A DNA stretch of 35,564 bases from a virus (lineage: Duplodnaviria; Caudoviricetes). Position numbers and translations under genes: made by a program. Under the pieces are notes generated by a model. The model did not search any database. It had not been told where the DNA came from and saw nothing but the letters and a program-made list of their open reading frames with translations. Where the stretch lies: IMG/VR virus record IMGVR_UViG_3300037558_000833, positions 1 through 35,564 of that record. One strand, given 5' to 3'. This document shows, one piece after another, positions 1 through 8,549 of the stretch; position 1 is the stretch's first letter; every line of letters begins with the position of its first letter.

Positions 1-47
1 ACCTGGTAATCTGCTATTCGACGTTTTTCTTTTTCGCTTAGTCTCAT
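1..47 (-). CDS. 5' fragment of Bbp19-like small head-region protein (MRLSEKEKRRIADYQ...), runs off the window
   Basis: ATG at 47 overlaps the portal stop (ATGA). Not in the ORF track. The expected C-terminal part is at 35413-35564. Confidence 0.65.
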   Translation of the reverse strand, partial: MRLSEKEKRRIADYQ

Positions 48-1699
48 GCGCTGTTTGCTCTTGCTTCATTAAGGTAAGCAACCGACTCATTACGGCGGCT
101 TTGACTTATCAGGTTTTGTTGTTCGGCAATCGCGTTAGCTTGTACCAGTTCTTGCTGTTGTGCTTGCTGTGCTTGCTCTGCTCTGGCTTCTTGCTCAACT
201 TCGTCCTGGCTCTTAAATACAGATGGTGAAACTTTAAGTATCTCTGCCGCCAGTTCAGCAACTCGCCCTGTCTGGAATCTTTGGATCACAGTTGGGTCAA
301 GTTGAGCAAAAGGCACCAGAAACTGTATTAGCTGAGAAATGCTGGCAAGTTCACCGGAACGCATTGCAATCGCAACGGGGTTGCTGTACGCAATCTTGAA
401 GTCTGCATCAAGCAACACCTGTGGTGGTGGTGGCAACATCTGCGATCTTAACATCACTGAAAGGGTCCGCATCACCAGTGGTGATAGGGTTTCTGACTCT
501 TGACGCGCAGTGATTGGCCCCAGGATAGAAAGCCTGTCTCGCTGTCGTGCTGCGATCTCTGTGGCGCTGAATCGCATTACGTCGCCATCCGCTGCGGTTG
601 GCCCTGGCAACTCCAGCATGTCTAAATAAAAGGTGCGGTCGATTGCGGCTCTGACCTGCCCAATCTTGGCTTCACTTAAATCTACCCGGCCACCTGTCTG
701 CAAAGGTGCAATCCTGTCCTGTGGTCCCAAACCAGCGCGATAGTAGTTCAGGCCACCTGGTGTGGTACGGATTGGCGATAAAAACCCATCATCTGGAACA
801 AGCAAAGGTGGATCAACAATCTTCTGCAGTGCGATCAACCCAACACGTTCCATCTCATTAATCATTCGGACATCTGGTAGCGCTTCAACGCCAGGGCCAC
901 GCCCATAGACTTCCATTGAGTTTTTTTGCCAACGTCCAACGATATAAGGCAATTCATCGAAGCCTCCTTCTTGCACCACCTTACGGCTTTCAGGGTGGAC
1001 ATAAACTGATAGAAACGGCTTCTGTTTTGAACTCCGTCCAGGTGCCGTGTTGCGGGGTCTGACGATATGCAGCAATTCAAATCTACGGAACGGTTCCTTG
1101 TCTGCAGCTTTTACGATTTCATCAGGTAATTTGTTGCCAAACTGACGATAAAGGCTTCTAGCCGTATCATCAAAACGGCGGTACACCGAATCCACCTGGC
1201 CGGTCTTGCCTTCAGCGATATAGGTGTGGCCTAAAAAATAGCTCTTGAACACAGGCCCAATACCCGGCTCTTGTGTCACATAAAGGCAAGCTGTCCCAAA
1301 GGCTAACAGGTCCAGATAGAACTCATGCATGCTTTGATGAAAGCCTGAACGTGGGGCATTGAACACGCTATTGCAACGGCGACTGGCGTCCTCCAGCCAG
1401 AGTTGTACCTGCCTGTTCTTCATCAGCTCACGGTCTTCTGTCTCCAGGTTGAACCATGGAACAGTCGAGCTGGTCAGTGTGTTATGCAGCCCAGAAGCAG
1501 CACGCACCAAAGCCCGTACAGCAGAGCTTTCATAGATTCGGTCCCGTCTCTGTTCGCCAGAGGCACGGTAACGGTTAGTGAAATCAGCACGCCTGGGTAT
1601 CATCAGTTCAGCAATATCTTGCCACATTGTTTCCCAGTTGCCCCGGTCTGACTTCAGTGCTTCATATTCCTGTACTAAGCTGTTCGCTAATTCGCTCAT
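44..1699 (-). CDS. Portal (head-tail connector) protein, T7 gp8/BPP-1 type
   Basis: 551 aa. Motifs W-x-x-I-A-E-L, FGTACLY, RW...YGRGPG-x-x-ALPD, SATEI. Position downstream of terL. Confidence 0.95.
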   Translation of the reverse strand: MSELANSLVQEYEALKSDRGNWETMWQDIAELMIPRRADFTNRYRASGEQRRDRIYESSAVRALVRAASGLHNTLTSSTVPWFNLETEDRELMKNRQVQLWLEDASRRCNSVFNAPRSGFHQSMHEFYLDLLAFGTACLYVTQEPGIGPVFKSYFLGHTYIAEGKTGQVDSVYRRFDDTARSLYRQFGNKLPDEIVKAADKEPFRRFELLHIVRPRNTAPGRSSKQKPFLSVYVHPESRKVVQEGGFDELPYIVGRWQKNSMEVYGRGPGVEALPDVRMINEMERVGLIALQKIVDPPLLVPDDGFLSPIRTTPGGLNYYRAGLGPQDRIAPLQTGGRVDLSEAKIGQVRAAIDRTFYLDMLELPGPTAADGDVMRFSATEIAARQRDRLSILGPITARQESETLSPLVMRTLSVMLRSQMLPPPPQVLLDADFKIAYSNPVAIAMRSGELASISQLIQFLVPFAQLDPTVIQRFQTGRVAELAAEILKVSPSVFKSQDEVEQEARAEQAQQAQQQELVQANAIAEQQNLISQSRRNESVAYLNEARANSA

Positions 1700-2562
1700 A
1701 GCGCATACCTACGGCGGCTACGGGTATCCCCACCACCACCAAGGATTGTGTCTTCACGACCATAACGATTTGTCATTAAACGGCGTATCCTGCGTAACCT
1801 TTCTTCTTCAGACATCTGCCCAGCTTTTGAAGTGGATTGTTCCGTCTCTGAGATGACACCTGGGTCGCCTAGCGTTGGGGCACTTGAAAGGTTGTCGCCA
1901 CCAAGCGCCTGTGGTTCTCCTGGTTTTGGCGGATCAAAAAAATTTGCTATGTCTGTAGGCAATGCCTCAATCCCGCCGGTGTTGCCTTCTGCTAGTCCTA
2001 CAAGAGTATTGCGTATCTGAACCGCTGGTTGCTTATCGCCAGCAGCTGTTGCCAGAACATCACCCGCAAAAGGAATTACTTTTTCTTCTGCGTACTTTGT
2101 GGCCTGGGCCAACTGTGATTCGGTTCCTCCTGTGATTTGATTGGCATAGCCTTCTAAGGTTGGGTTACTTTGGCCGCCAGAAACATTTTTACCAAATTGA
2201 ACTGCGTTTTCCTGCATTGCTGCACCTGCCCGTACTGCTTGCGCCTGGACTGCTGCACCGGCGTCAATTAGAGCTTGTTGGCCTGCTGAACCAATATTTA
2301 TGAGCTCTTGCTGGATCTGACCACCACGCTTGACCGCTTCTTCCTGCAAGCCACGCACACTGATTCGGCTAAGATCCTGGTCTAAATTCAAACTCATGTC
2401 GGGCATGGTTGGCATATTGATTTCAATCTTCGGCATCAAGTCCTGTTCGGTGTTGATACCCAGCGTGTCGGCATAGCCTTGCAGATTGGTTTTTGCTAAT
2501 TCGGTAAAGCCCGTGACATTCGTTTCTACTATCTCTTCAACTTTTTTCTTCGGATTACACAT
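1696..2562 (-). CDS. Putative virion/ejection protein (T7 gp6.7/7.3-like position) with five 11-residue repeats
   Basis: 288 aa. Starts MC. G/A/Q-rich with no His or Trp. C-terminal R-rich RYGREDTILGG. ATGA overlap with portal. Confidence 0.6.
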   Translation of the reverse strand: MCNPKKKVEEIVETNVTGFTELAKTNLQGYADTLGINTEQDLMPKIEINMPTMPDMSLNLDQDLSRISVRGLQEEAVKRGGQIQQELINIGSAGQQALIDAGAAVQAQAVRAGAAMQENAVQFGKNVSGGQSNPTLEGYANQITGGTESQLAQATKYAEEKVIPFAGDVLATAAGDKQPAVQIRNTLVGLAEGNTGGIEALPTDIANFFDPPKPGEPQALGGDNLSSAPTLGDPGVISETEQSTSKAGQMSEEERLRRIRRLMTNRYGREDTILGGGGDTRSRRRYAL

Positions 2563-2917
2563 CAGTCAACTCCTTTTGCATTAATACAGTTTTTAGTCGA
2601 AAACCTGCTTTATTGAGAATTCGCTGATAGCCCTTGAAGCCGTTTTGATAAATTCGCACAGCACCACGCTTGCGGGCATCCGCTTCCGCAGCCGGTAAGA
2701 CTTCGTTTACAATTTCTTTTAACGACCCAGCGACATAGATTCCAAACCCTTCTAAACCATTAGGCCCAGCTTCGTAAGCCCCAACCAGGCAACTGTTTTT
2801 TGAACTGTAGAATTCTAAACGCCCAGCTTCAATTGCAGCAACCACGGCATCAACTGTCGTGTTATGCTGATTGCGCTTGATTGCTTTGGCAATACCGTCC
2901 CTGAATTCTTGCTTCAT
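2555..2917 (-). CDS. Hypothetical protein, possible GNAT-fold
   Basis: 120 aa, translationally coupled on both sides. Pattern AGSL..I....P.AE..A+..G...I...G.KG.Q+.L.K.GF resembles phage GNAT-like proteins. Confidence 0.5.
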   Translation of the reverse strand: MKQEFRDGIAKAIKRNQHNTTVDAVVAAIEAGRLEFYSSKNSCLVGAYEAGPNGLEGFGIYVAGSLKEIVNEVLPAAEADARKRGAVRIYQNGFKGYQRILNKAGFRLKTVLMQKELTDV

Positions 2918-4449
2918 CGTGCCGTTCCTCGACGCTTGAAGCCTTTGCTTAGAATAGAACGTCGGTAACCTAGCCGGTCCCCACGTTTGCGGGCTTCGGT
3001 GTCAATTGCTAAAGAACGTTGCAATCCTGGGATCTGTCCTGAAATGGCCTGGACTTGTTGTTTCGACGTTTCCACCTGTTCGCTGTATTCGTTCAACTGT
3101 GGTGTCATCCCTTGGTAAACTGCCTGCAGGTCCGAATATTCTTGTTGGCTGGCATCATAAACAGCTTTCGTATCACTGGCTGCACGGTCCACATAGCCCG
3201 TGTCCTGGGCTAGCGACTGATAACTCTGCAGCGCCTGCTGTACTTGACCCGAACCCATGAAATCCTGGTAAGCCTGTGCGGCAGGGTTGTATGTGCTGGA
3301 AGCATACTGGTTGTAGTTGGTTACACTAGGGTTATAAGTGTTCTGGAGATAGTTCTGATAGTTCTGCAAAGCGCCTGCGGACTGCTCTTGAGCAACACGG
3401 GTGACAAAATCTTTGTCATTTACAAAAGTCTGATACTCTTGATCTACTGTTCTGTTTTGGACAACTACTTCAGCAAGCGATTGCTGGTTGCGTTGGATGT
3501 CGCTTTGGTAACCTTGGATATTTGTTTCATAAGTTTTTGCCTGATTCAATGCTGTCTGGGCATAACTACTGTAGGTATTTGCACGGGTTGCCACTGCTTG
3601 ATATGTCCCATACTGACTCGCACCACGACGATAGTTTTCATACACTGCATCAGAAAAAGTCTTTGTCCCCTGGCGTGACAGAAATTTAACTGCTTCTGTC
3701 AAAGACCCATAACCAGAATCTGTGACTTGCCCCAGCCCTTGGGCAAACCCAGAACCTTGCGGACGATACTCTTGGGCACCTGTAAACTCGTTGTTGTTGT
3801 CGGTGAAAACTCTGTAAATCTTATTTGTGCTATCCACTACATAACGACCGGCTAGCTCTGCTGTGTTCAAATACTGATTTGCAAAACTTCTTTGTGATTC
3901 GATGTTGCCCTGTTGTGTCCTGATCTGCTCATTCAGTCCTGTGATATTGCTTTCAAATCCTAAATAGTCTTGCCGTATCTGTTGGAATTGCTGTTGGAAA
4001 TCACCTAGCTTTGTTTGATACTGCTGCTGTCCAGCCTGAGTCCCCGCCTGATAGGCACTGGAGTATTGACCATAGAGTGTGTTTGCTTGTGTGGCATAAG
4101 AATCCTTAATTCCACCTAGTCTACCCAACTCTGTCTGTGCTGCTTTGTAACTACTTTCTAAACCAGATCCCTGGGCTGTGGCACTTTGATACGTCTGATA
4201 ACGTTGTTGAAGCTGGGTGTTGTAACTGCCAACCGCTTCATTCCGGTCTGTGACATAACGGTTGTAGTCCCCGGTTACCGTGCTTTGGTAGTTGCGGGCT
4301 TTCTCAACAGCAGTGTTGTACTTTGGTACCAACTCTTCATAGCCAGCCAGTGCCGCCCTGCCTGTTTCCTGTGCGCTTAACAGTTGTGACCGTCCGCCTC
4401 GCAAAGCCTTTCTGATATTAAAATCTGTGTCCAACCTAGTTCGGGCCAT
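2914..4449 (-). CDS. Long Q/Y-rich coiled-coil protein, putative virion/ejection protein
   Basis: Likely start ATG 4449 (511 aa) overlapping the terL end. No Cys/His/Trp from this start. Periodic Tyr. C-terminal RLGYRRSIL. Confidence 0.65.
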   Translation of the reverse strand: MARTRLDTDFNIRKALRGGRSQLLSAQETGRAALAGYEELVPKYNTAVEKARNYQSTVTGDYNRYVTDRNEAVGSYNTQLQQRYQTYQSATAQGSGLESSYKAAQTELGRLGGIKDSYATQANTLYGQYSSAYQAGTQAGQQQYQTKLGDFQQQFQQIRQDYLGFESNITGLNEQIRTQQGNIESQRSFANQYLNTAELAGRYVVDSTNKIYRVFTDNNNEFTGAQEYRPQGSGFAQGLGQVTDSGYGSLTEAVKFLSRQGTKTFSDAVYENYRRGASQYGTYQAVATRANTYSSYAQTALNQAKTYETNIQGYQSDIQRNQQSLAEVVVQNRTVDQEYQTFVNDKDFVTRVAQEQSAGALQNYQNYLQNTYNPSVTNYNQYASSTYNPAAQAYQDFMGSGQVQQALQSYQSLAQDTGYVDRAASDTKAVYDASQQEYSDLQAVYQGMTPQLNEYSEQVETSKQQVQAISGQIPGLQRSLAIDTEARKRGDRLGYRRSILSKGFKRRGTAR

Positions 4450-5947
4450 AACTCCCCAACGTCGTGTGTTTACTCCAGAACTCAAAAGGATCAAAGGTGC
4501 CGTCTGCCAGGCTTCCGACTGCTACGCTGGGCCGTGGGGCAATGTTGTTGGTTGTGGCGTATCTGAGGCTCTGACAGGCGTATCTGGTTGCACTCATCAA
4601 ATCATCAACCTTGCGGATGATCTTCCCATCCTTTCGGTGGTACATCCTAAATTCTTGGAACCAGGTGTCACAATGGTTAAAGACTTTGAAACGTCCTGTC
4701 TGCATTCTTGTCAACAGCGCCATGATCCCAGGTTCCACTGCAATGCCACCTTCTGGGTTCGTATAATGGCTACCAAGGAACCGTATCCCTGCTCTGCGGT
4801 ACTGTGTTGCTAGCGCTTCACCGGAACCCTTATCATGGATTGAACCGTCATGTGGCCACGCAACAGGAATCCAAGCGCCACGGTGTTTGATTGCTTCAGC
4901 GTGTTGAAGCATCCCTGAACCCTTTTCCCGATATGCATCATACAGATACACCGTGTCAGTGTCGCGGTCATGGGCCAGCCACACGACAGCTGTGGGGTGG
5001 TCAAATCCAAAATCAATCCCAGCGATGCGGCTCCAGTGTTCAGGGATCGGGAAACTTGGGCAACTGATGTTATCTTCTGGAACAGGAAACACCTGTCCGC
5101 TTCCAAGCATTGGGATGCCTTTAGAACGCATCAGCCGTTCATGCGGCGGTAGGGCGGCTAAAATTTCTTCGCGTACTTCCAAACTAAGATGAGGACTATC
5201 GTCCCAGGTGGCCTGAACTAATGCCTGACCTTTTTTGCGCTCATTCAAAAACATTCCAACGACACCGGTCACCCCGTTCTCAGGCGTAAAGGTCAAAACT
5301 ACTGGGCCACCAGACTTCAAAGTACCGCGAAGAGCTTGCGAATATATTTCTTGCGGTGGCTCCTCATCAAGCCAGACATAATCAATGGCCACACCCATCC
5401 AGGCACTAGGCCCAGAGTCGTATGACTTAAACTGCAAGCGACTGTTCCTGCCACTAACATGCTTGACCAGAGCAAAACCTAAAGCGTTAGGGACACCAGG
5501 ATTCCGCTCCGTCTTGACAATCAGATCCCTTGGGATTGCTGCTGTGCCAAAAGCTTCAGGGTCACCTGCCTGTCCAAGCAACTCCGCTTGAACAATGTCT
5601 CGTGTTGCATAGTGGGACTTCCCTGCAGCCCAACAATGGATCTCGCGATCAAAGCGGTGACCTGTCCACCAATCTGGGTATAACCCTGTCAGGTGGTAGG
5701 CCACTTCCATCGCACCAGAGTAGGTCTTGCCGGTCTTGTTACCTGCCATTAAACAACGTTGCCGTGCCCGGTGGCCCTGATCGTCCAACGCTTCATGGAA
5801 ACGTAACTGAAAAGGGTACGGCTCATAAAAATCAAACGAGCGGGTACGCCGCGTTTCTTCGTACAAGTCACGCAACTTCAGAACTTCATCAACTTCTTCA
5901 AGCCATTGCTCCTGAACGTATTCGTCTGCTTGCTGTCGGGTCGTCAC
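4436..5947 (-). CDS. terL: Terminase large subunit
   Basis: Q motif YPFQ, Walker A AGNKTGKT, Walker B VWLDEE, coupling motif TFTP, nuclease GIDFG...HD...DDLMSA. Confidence 0.97.
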   Translation of the reverse strand: MTTRQQADEYVQEQWLEEVDEVLKLRDLYEETRRTRSFDFYEPYPFQLRFHEALDDQGHRARQRCLMAGNKTGKTYSGAMEVAYHLTGLYPDWWTGHRFDREIHCWAAGKSHYATRDIVQAELLGQAGDPEAFGTAAIPRDLIVKTERNPGVPNALGFALVKHVSGRNSRLQFKSYDSGPSAWMGVAIDYVWLDEEPPQEIYSQALRGTLKSGGPVVLTFTPENGVTGVVGMFLNERKKGQALVQATWDDSPHLSLEVREEILAALPPHERLMRSKGIPMLGSGQVFPVPEDNISCPSFPIPEHWSRIAGIDFGFDHPTAVVWLAHDRDTDTVYLYDAYREKGSGMLQHAEAIKHRGAWIPVAWPHDGSIHDKGSGEALATQYRRAGIRFLGSHYTNPEGGIAVEPGIMALLTRMQTGRFKVFNHCDTWFQEFRMYHRKDGKIIRKVDDLMSATRYACQSLRYATTNNIAPRPSVAVGSLADGTFDPFEFWSKHTTLGSYGPN

Positions 5948-6054
5948 TTCTTCTTCTTCGCTTTCTTCTTGGCAGCCTTGGCAGCCTTAATCCCTGCAGG
6001 TGTGTAAGGGAATTTTTTCTTCTTACCCGTTTTCGGATCAGTAACCATTGGCAT
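5944..6054 (-). CDS. Small Lys-rich protein (36 aa, MPMVTDPKTGKKKKFPYTPAGIKAAKAAKKKAKKKK)
   Basis: Read directly, not in track. GGAG RBS. GTGA overlap with the terL start. Confidence 0.8.
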   Translation of the reverse strand: MPMVTDPKTGKKKKFPYTPAGIKAAKAAKKKAKKKK

Positions 6055-6056
6055 GA

Positions 6057-6227
6057 CTAACTCCTTTTTTTAGGTTCCCGTTTTGCAGTCTTCGCTGAGT
6101 CCTTAAAGGCTTTCGACGTCGGAGCGCCCTTGTCACCCGGTTTGCGCATTTTCTCCTTAGAGCCCGCTTTTATGCGACGCTTCTTGGCATGAATGTTGGC
6201 GTATAAGCCCGGCTTTTTCTTCTTCAC
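6057..6227 (-). CDS. Small basic protein (56 aa, ...GLYANIHAKKRRIKAGSKEKMRKPGDKGAPT...), family common in aquatic phages
   Basis: Read directly, not in track. GTG start with GGAG RBS. Recognisable GLYANIHAK motif. Confidence 0.8.
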   Translation of the reverse strand: MKKKKPGLYANIHAKKRRIKAGSKEKMRKPGDKGAPTSKAFKDSAKTAKREPKKRS

Positions 6228-6423
6228 GTAGTAGCTCCGAATGTTGTTCGTCCGTTATTGCCCACTGTAACCTGCGGTCTGCTAACAGCGCGTCCCGTAA
6301 CGTCTCCTGAATCGAATGTCGGTACCAGGCTGGGATACTTGCGCTGGGGGAAATCATCCCCTGGTTCGCTGCCAACTCACGCAATAGAAAATCAATCTCA
6401 AGCGGGCTCAAATTGACTAACAT
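6157..6423 (-). CDS. Hypothetical protein
   Basis: ATG 6423 overlaps the upstream stop (TGATG). The 3' end overlaps the next small gene by 71 nt. Confidence 0.55.
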   Translation of the reverse strand: MLVNLSPLEIDFLLRELAANQGMISPSASIPAWYRHSIQETLRDALLADRRLQWAITDEQHSELLREEEKAGLIRQHSCQEASHKSGL

Positions 6424-6623
6424 CAATTGCCCAGAATGCTTGGAAGCGCAGCGCCTGTGTAATCCCCAAGATCAACAGTATTGCTTTGAAGTGCGAACTC
6501 CGAACGTCTGCGTGGACTGTGGCAGCGACATGCTGTGGCGAACCCGATAGTGGGCGTATCCTCAAAAAGTTTACTCGCCAAGTTAGCACCCCGTGACGCT
6601 TCCAAATTCATTAACATCCCCAT
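6423..6623 (-). CDS. Hypothetical protein (start may be ATG 6611)
   Basis: Fills the gap in a coupled gene string. No recognisable motif. Confidence 0.4.
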   Translation of the reverse strand: MGMLMNLEASRGANLASKLFEDTPTIGFATACRCHSPRRRSEFALQSNTVDLGDYTGAALPSILGN

Positions 6624-6865
6624 GCCTTGCGGCTCCAGTAGTTAGCACTTGTGCGGTCAGTCTTGCCCTTGATACCGCCACTTCTGGCACAGTAACTCTT
6701 CTTACGGGCTGGCTGGTCTTTCTTGATACTCATCTTGCTGTCCCCAAAGGCTACCCGCACCACCTTGCCAGCGTTGTTCTTGACAAAGACTTCAAACTTC
6801 TTCGGCTTACCCGGTGTGCGCCTAGGCTTGTTCAGGCTTACTTTCTTGCCGCGATACTCAGCCAT
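6611..6865 (-). CDS. Small basic phage protein (DUF6321-like)
   Basis: 84 aa from ATG 6865. Motif KKF.V.V......V.FGD..M..K...PAR+KSYCAR......SANYWS...W. Confidence 0.8.
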   Translation of the reverse strand: MAEYRGKKVSLNKPRRTPGKPKKFEVFVKNNAGKVVRVAFGDSKMSIKKDQPARKKSYCARSGGIKGKTDRTSANYWSRKAWGC

Positions 6866-7367
6866 CGACTTTCTCCCAGTCAGCGTCTTCTGCTTCAACT
6901 ACCGGCTTACTTGCTGGGACAGGCTCTTCCTTAGGCTTCAACCCAAGAAGCCTAGAACCAAACTCATCACCCAAACGCTGCCGGACTTCCGCTTCAATTT
7001 CCTTCGGTGTGCGCTTCACTTCCGCCGTCACTTCGATGCGGTCAGTAGGCTTGAACCCTGCTCTGTCCAGAATGTCCTTGGCCGCCTTGTAGCGGGCATT
7101 CGGGTCATCACAGTCCAATAAATCAACCAGCGTTGCCATCGCACGGTGAACGTTTTCGTCCAGCTCTATGCGCGTTTGCAGAGCAATCTTGTCCGCCCTA
7201 GCCTTGCGTTCCTTGTCGTAAGTGTTCTTGTGGACGCCAAAGGCTGCAGCTTTCTCCGCCAAGGTGCCAGAGCCCATTGCTATCTTCATGAAATCACTGT
7301 CCAGCTTACTCTGGCCGACTACGTCTATCGTCGTACTGTGGGCGCTACTTGCGCTTCTGCGTGGCAT
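6858..7367 (-). CDS. terS: Probable terminase small subunit
   Basis: First gene of the late operon, AGGAG RBS. N-terminal HTH-like segment and A..TL..LL......RY.AAKDILDRAG motif. Confidence 0.7.
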   Translation of the reverse strand: MPRRSASSAHSTTIDVVGQSKLDSDFMKIAMGSGTLAEKAAAFGVHKNTYDKERKARADKIALQTRIELDENVHRAMATLVDLLDCDDPNARYKAAKDILDRAGFKPTDRIEVTAEVKRTPKEIEAEVRQRLGDEFGSRLLGLKPKEEPVPASKPVVEAEDADWEKVDG

Positions 7368-7739
7368 CTGCTTAACTCCTGGTTATGCCACATAGCCAAA
7401 CCAAACTTTCCAAAGGATTGCAAGGCGGTTCGTCGTAAAGGCTTAAGCCGGTGATGGTGAAAGCTTAAAAAACCGGCCCGTTTGGGGGAGTGGGTAGACC
7501 TACATACACATCGGCACCGTTTTGTGCCCCCCGGTACCCCAGAAACCGGGCAAGTAGGACGGCCAATCACAGGCCAACGGATTGTTGATCCGGTGTGTTG
7601 CTGCATCCGATACCGCATGTTTACTGGGGCAGCGGTGAGTTTCTGCTACCAAAATGCAAAATAATCGCGATAAAGTCGTAATCCGTTTGCGAATCCTACC
7701 ATTTCACAGCGGGTTGGGCGGTCCTTTTGCCCATTTTCT

Positions 7740-8156
7740 TTGGGTGGGAAATCACTACTTCAGCACTACTTACCTACCTTGACCGCTGTTTTGCCACAAC
7801 CAGACAGTAAGTCTACCAACGCACAGACCATGCGTGCCTGGCGTAAGGCGATGGGTCTGACACAGTTAGAACTTGGCGAGTTGCTAGGCTACTGTGTCTT
7901 TCACATCAACGCACAAGAACGCGGCGCTCATGCAGTCTGTGACTACACAATGCAGCACCTGTCAATGGTGTTTGCTATTCACAGCCTCCCGCCTGACGCA
8001 CCAGTATCTATCCTACAAGAGTTGCTCACACCACCTAGCGTAATTAATAAACGTGTGAAAGCTGCGGAGCGTCTAGCAGCACGCAAGGCGAAGAAGACCA
8101 AAGTTTCGAAGCGGAAACGCTCCAGACCGCGCAGTCCTCGCCAAAACAATCCATAA
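7740..8156 (+). CDS. XRE-family HTH protein with K/R-rich tail (true start probably 7779 or 7830)
   Basis: MRAWRKAMGLTQLELGELLG......ERG HTH pattern. Confidence 0.65.
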   Translation: MGGKSLLQHYLPTLTAVLPQPDSKSTNAQTMRAWRKAMGLTQLELGELLGYCVFHINAQERGAHAVCDYTMQHLSMVFAIHSLPPDAPVSILQELLTPPSVINKRVKAAERLAARKAKKTKVSKRKRSRPRSPRQNNP

Positions 8157-8427
8157 AACCCTTGAGCAGATTATCGGCATCTGGTTTGGCTTGATGCGGC
8201 TTGCCGTCATGGTCTTGCCGTTTACGCTTGGACCAAGAACGCGGCATGGTTAGGTAAAACCGCACGCTGAATTGATTTGGCAGCGTGAAACCTTGTTCTT
8301 CAGCGATAGCCCGCACAGCGTCACGGTATTCAAAGTACCTGACAACACAGGGACGCTTCTTCCAACGATCTGCCTGGTTCATGCGCGGAGCTGCAACCGG
8401 CACAACGTCAAACACAAATTTAGACAT
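8044..8427 (-). CDS. rusA: RusA-family Holliday junction resolvase
   Basis: MPRSWSK...H..KPDADNLLKGFMD catalytic motif. AGGA RBS. Confidence 0.9.
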   Translation of the reverse strand: MSKFVFDVVPVAAPRMNQADRWKKRPCVVRYFEYRDAVRAIAEEQGFTLPNQFSVRFYLTMPRSWSKRKRQDHDGKPHQAKPDADNLLKGFMDCFGEDCAVWSVSASKLWSSSPCVLLDAPQLSHVY

Positions 8428-8441
8428 TGCTTTGTCCTGTT

Positions 8442-8495
8442 ATATACACATGATGTGCATTTTATGCTTGCTATTATACATATGATGTATAAATT
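8442..8495. promoter_or_regulatory. Divergent promoter region with two related operator-like sites
   Basis: ATATACACATGATGTGCAT (8442-8460) and perfect inverted repeat TTATACAT-ATG-ATGTATAA (8474-8492). The second site lies between TTGCTA (8468-8473) and TAAATT (8490-8495). Confidence 0.65.
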
Positions 8496-8549
8496 AGGTT
8501 GTGTGCTGGCAATCACGCCAGTGTTTTTCTAACTCAATCGGGAACTACA

